Source of the DNA: Candidatus Thorarchaeota archaeon
GTDB lineage: Archaea > Asgardarchaeota > Thorarchaeia > Thorarchaeales > Thorarchaeaceae
NCBI GenBank assembly: GCA_016840855.1
Contig: JAEORO010000212.1
Location: forward strand, 1 to 18,217
Direction: 5' to 3'
Length of the DNA stretch: 18,217 nt
In this document: one piece after another, positions 15,727-18,217 of the stretch
Layout: each line of letters begins with the position of its first letter
Position numbering within the stretch: the first letter of the stretch is position 1
Notes under the pieces: generated by a model
What the model was told of the DNA's origin: nothing
The model's database searches: none
The model's input: the letters and a program-made list of their open reading frames with translations, nothing else
Program-made: the position numbers and the translations under genes

Positions 15727-16806
15727 ATGGACGAACAAATAAGTCAAATAGTCAGAGAAGGTTGGACCGGTCCGGGAAGACGTGACGGTACAATCATTCC
15801 AATGAAACCAGAAGAAGACGCACTTCACATCGATGTAGGAGCAAAGAACCAGTATGAATGGTGGTACTTTGATGCTCATCTTGATGGAGGATATACTCTC
15901 GTAGCATTCTTCTATGCTGCTTATCCAAATCCGGGACTTGACCAAGGAAAGATTGCGGTCGAATTGACACTTCTGAGACCTGATGGACGCAAGACACAGA
16001 AGGTTATCAAATACAAGAAATCGGAGTTCTATGCTTCAAGAGAAATGCCCGATGTCAGGATCGGAGAGAATTACATGAAGGTGGAATTCCTTGAAGATGG
16101 GCTCCCAGTCTATGAGATTTTCTTGGAAGATAAAGATCTCATGTTTCATCTGACTTACAAAGCTCAGGTCAAGGGTTGGAAACCAGGCACTGGTTATTCA
16201 CATTTTGCTGATATGGGTCACTTCGCTTGGGTCGTTCCTTTTGCAAGAGCCTCTGTTGAAGGGACTGTTAGAGATGGAGAAACGACAATATCTGTGACAG
16301 GTGTTGGTTACCACGATCATAATTGGCTGAATTTTTCTTTCCAGAGCATCATAGATTATTGGATGTGGGGCAGAATCTACTCTGAGAGTTTTACTGTTTC
16401 ATACGCTTTCATCCAGTGCAATAAGAAAGTGGACAATCATCAGGTTAAGGTGTTGCTTCTAGCTAAAGATGAAGATCCGATTCTCAGTACCGGTGATTAC
16501 CAATTCTTCAAGGAAGCCTTTGAGTTTAGTCCAAGTGCAAAACACAGCTTCCCTCACAAAATAGTCATCAATGTCCCAAATGAAATGCGAGTCGAGATGA
16601 AAGTGAACAAGATTCTAGAAGCAGTAGACATGCTTGACAATTTCGGAGTAGCTCTTCGTTTCGTAGCAAAGAATATTCTACGATTGAAACCTGGATACTT
16701 TAGACTCCTCTCGGATTTTGATCTAGAGGTGAATCATGAAGGTACGACTTTCAAAGAGAATGGTTCAACACTTCACGAAATCGTATTATTCAAGTCTGCT
16801 GAGTGA
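15727..16806 (+). CDS. CrtC (carotenoid 1,2-hydratase) / tocopherol cyclase / AttH-like lipocalin-fold protein
   Basis: YEWWYFDAHLDGGYTLVAFF, HFAWVVPFARASVEGTV, TGVGYHDHNW and WMWGR are motifs typical of the CrtC/AttH superfamily. No signal peptide. Confidence 0.75.
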   Translation: MDEQISQIVREGWTGPGRRDGTIIPMKPEEDALHIDVGAKNQYEWWYFDAHLDGGYTLVAFFYAAYPNPGLDQGKIAVELTLLRPDGRKTQKVIKYKKSEFYASREMPDVRIGENYMKVEFLEDGLPVYEIFLEDKDLMFHLTYKAQVKGWKPGTGYSHFADMGHFAWVVPFARASVEGTVRDGETTISVTGVGYHDHNWLNFSFQSIIDYWMWGRIYSESFTVSYAFIQCNKKVDNHQVKVLLLAKDEDPILSTGDYQFFKEAFEFSPSAKHSFPHKIVINVPNEMRVEMKVNKILEAVDMLDNFGVALRFVAKNILRLKPGYFRLLSDFDLEVNHEGTTFKENGSTLHEIVLFKSAE

Positions 16807-16816
16807 TTAGCTGTTT

Positions 16817-16872
16817 GAAAGGGAAAGAAAAGGAAAGGGTGTACCCTTAGGGTATATAGAGAAGAAGGAAGG
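16817..16872 (-). terminator. Putative terminator between convergent genes: short hairpin plus pyrimidine tract on the minus strand
   Basis: The minus strand reads ...TACCC-TAA-GGGTA-CACCCTTTCCTTTTCTTTCCCTTTC, downstream of the radical SAM stop. Overlapping inverted repeats are AAGGGT-GT-ACCCTT (16835-16848) and TACCCT-T-AGGGTA (16842-16854). Confidence 0.5.
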
Positions 16873-16901
16873 TGAGTCAGTCTAACTCTTCATTGAAGGT
16901 G

Positions 16902-18188
16902 CTATGAATACTCATCTGGCGAAACTCGCATCTCTTCATCTAGTTCCGTTTCTGCCATTGTGCCAATTCTTGCCTCTAGGTTCTTCAACACCTGACAGGT
17001 CCCCGTTTTTAAAATCTCGTCAATAGTCTTCACCATCGAGTCATCTATCATTAGATACTGTTTCAAATCTCCCCTCTGTTTGAGTTCACCCAGTTCGTCA
17101 GCTCCCCGTTCAATCTGTGCAGCAAGCTCCCAGTAAGGCTTGATCCTGTTTCTTGATATTCCTAAGTGCATACCCATTCGAAAGACGATATCAAGTAAGA
17201 CTCCTAAAACGAGATTGTTTGACTCGTGTTCGTGAGGAGTCTTATGCCTAACAGATCGGTCTCTTAAATTAAATTCCCGACAGATATGATATCCCATGGT
17301 CATTACATGGACTGGGAGTCGAGTCCAAATAGGTTGACCATAGGTATTGTTGTTTTCATAAATTCTCTCTATGGCATCATAGTTTGCTAAATACCTTCTT
17401 TTTATTACACGCATGAAATAGTCTTTCTGCCGACCGGGTTTTAGTGTCATTCCGCCAAATTGAATGAATTCACCATTTGCAAGTTTTGTTTTCTTTACGA
17501 GTTCAGTCATGTTTTCCAGGTTATCTCCAATTGTTGGAATGATTGGAGTTGCCATGACACCACCATAGAGACCTGCATTCCGGATTTCTTTAAGCGCAGC
17601 ATACCTCTCAGATGTAGTTGCTGCATTTGGTTCAAACACCTTCTGAACTTCATCATCTGCACATGTTATCGTGAACGCAACATTCGCAAAAGCTCTATCA
17701 TGAATCTCCTTGAGTAAATCCAAATATTCCAACACAAGAGCCGACTTTGTGAGAATAAAGACAGGTAAACCATAATCGAGAAGAGTTTCTAGAATTCGTA
17801 ATGTGACTTTGTGTTCTCGTTCAGCAGGTTGAAATCCATCACTCACGCCACCGCATGCTCCAATTACAAGGTTTTGAGGAACTTTTTCTGCAATCCTTTT
17901 TGCATCCTCATCATCAAGAAATGACCATAGCGTTTCTGATTCCAATTCAGATCTAGATGTGAAACCCAGTTTCTTTAGTTCCCTTTGAAGGACTTGAGCT
18001 GCATTTTCCTTAATTCTGATATGCGAGGAGAAGTTGTCTACGTGATAATACTCTGAATTTCCATCGCAATAAACGCAACCGTGCTCACATCCTCTGTAAG
18101 CGTTAAGACTTCGGTTCATATGGAACCAACTATCTGCAACATGCGGTTTAGATAGCAGAGACTTTGCTTTGATGCATTCATATTGCAT
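16902..18188 (-). CDS. Radical SAM protein, SplB/Rv2578c-like (putative DNA repair), with a C-terminal PolX-like HhH domain
   Basis: SLNAYRGCEHGCVYCD (CxxxCxxC), SDGFQPAE, VFILTKS, VAFTIT, VFEPNAATTSERYAAL, PIIPTIGD. The C-terminal ~85 aa resemble the 8-kDa N-terminal domain of family X polymerases. Confidence 0.88.
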   Translation of the reverse strand: MQYECIKAKSLLSKPHVADSWFHMNRSLNAYRGCEHGCVYCDGNSEYYHVDNFSSHIRIKENAAQVLQRELKKLGFTSRSELESETLWSFLDDEDAKRIAEKVPQNLVIGACGGVSDGFQPAEREHKVTLRILETLLDYGLPVFILTKSALVLEYLDLLKEIHDRAFANVAFTITCADDEVQKVFEPNAATTSERYAALKEIRNAGLYGGVMATPIIPTIGDNLENMTELVKKTKLANGEFIQFGGMTLKPGRQKDYFMRVIKRRYLANYDAIERIYENNNTYGQPIWTRLPVHVMTMGYHICREFNLRDRSVRHKTPHEHESNNLVLGVLLDIVFRMGMHLGISRNRIKPYWELAAQIERGADELGELKQRGDLKQYLMIDDSMVKTIDEILKTGTCQVLKNLEARIGTMAETELDEEMRVSPDEYS

Positions 18189-18217
18189 TTCGAAATACGC
18201 TCATTCAATTTCTAATG

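Noticed and set aside
9731-16806. Selenocysteine (TGA) recoding in the redox genes
   Set aside because: All Cys motifs are complete, and each TGA falls at a natural C-terminus, mostly overlapping the next start. No in-frame continuation of homology was seen.
9731-16806. Impression of slightly higher GC in the redox operon than in the left half (possible horizontal acquisition)
   Set aside because: Not quantified, and it could simply reflect membrane-protein versus soluble-enzyme codon composition. It needs a sliding-window GC and codon-usage calculation.
535-17717. Numerous short alternative-frame and antisense ORFs in the track (e.g. 5599..6108 -, 9472..9918 -, 11311..11664 -, 12916..13218 -, 15640..15945 -, 17460..17717 +)
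   Set aside because: They lie within or across well-supported genes, carry no recognisable motifs and look like shadow ORFs.
16902-18188. Calling the radical SAM protein spore photoproduct lyase (splB)
   Set aside because: The motifs fit the broader Rv2578c/SplB-like group, there is no sporulation context, and it carries an extra C-terminal domain.
1-18217. CRISPR array, tRNA/rRNA, transposase, integrase or defence genes
   Set aside because: No regularly spaced repeats, cloverleaf-like sequences or relevant protein motifs were seen. Intergenic gaps are all short.

Overview
Gene-dense, fairly AT-rich prokaryotic window. It looks archaeal (TATA-box-like promoters, GGTGA/GGAGG ribosome-binding sites, TTG starts, ATGA/TTGA overlaps, surface proteins rich in N-glycosylation sequons). 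The gene mix resembles Asgard archaea such as Thorarchaeia, but that is an inference. Left half (+ strand): a 5'-truncated membrane-anchored SBBP beta-propeller protein, a membrane-tethered ArsR-type regulator, an ABC exporter (ATPase + permease), an orphan membrane histidine kinase, a DUF998-like membrane protein, and a decayed 5' remnant of a geranylgeranyl-reductase(GGR)/FixC-type gene. Right half: a tightly packed 8-gene + strand operon (7078-16806) encoding an SCP2-arylsulfotransferase fusion, PadR, a GGR/FixC-like flavoprotein, a FixX-like ferredoxin, two VAO/PCMH-family FAD oxidoreductases flanking an HdrD/GlpC-like CCG Fe-S protein, and a CrtC/tocopherol-cyclase-like protein. Repeated palindromic operator-like sites lie upstream. 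This operon is the best candidate for an undescribed system acting on a hydrophobic (sterol, isoprenoid or phenolic), possibly sulfated, compound. The window ends with a convergent SplB/Rv2578c-family radical SAM protein carrying a C-terminal PolX-like 8-kDa helix-hairpin-helix domain. No rRNA, tRNA, CRISPR array or transposase was recognised. All family calls come from reading motifs by eye, not from database searches.
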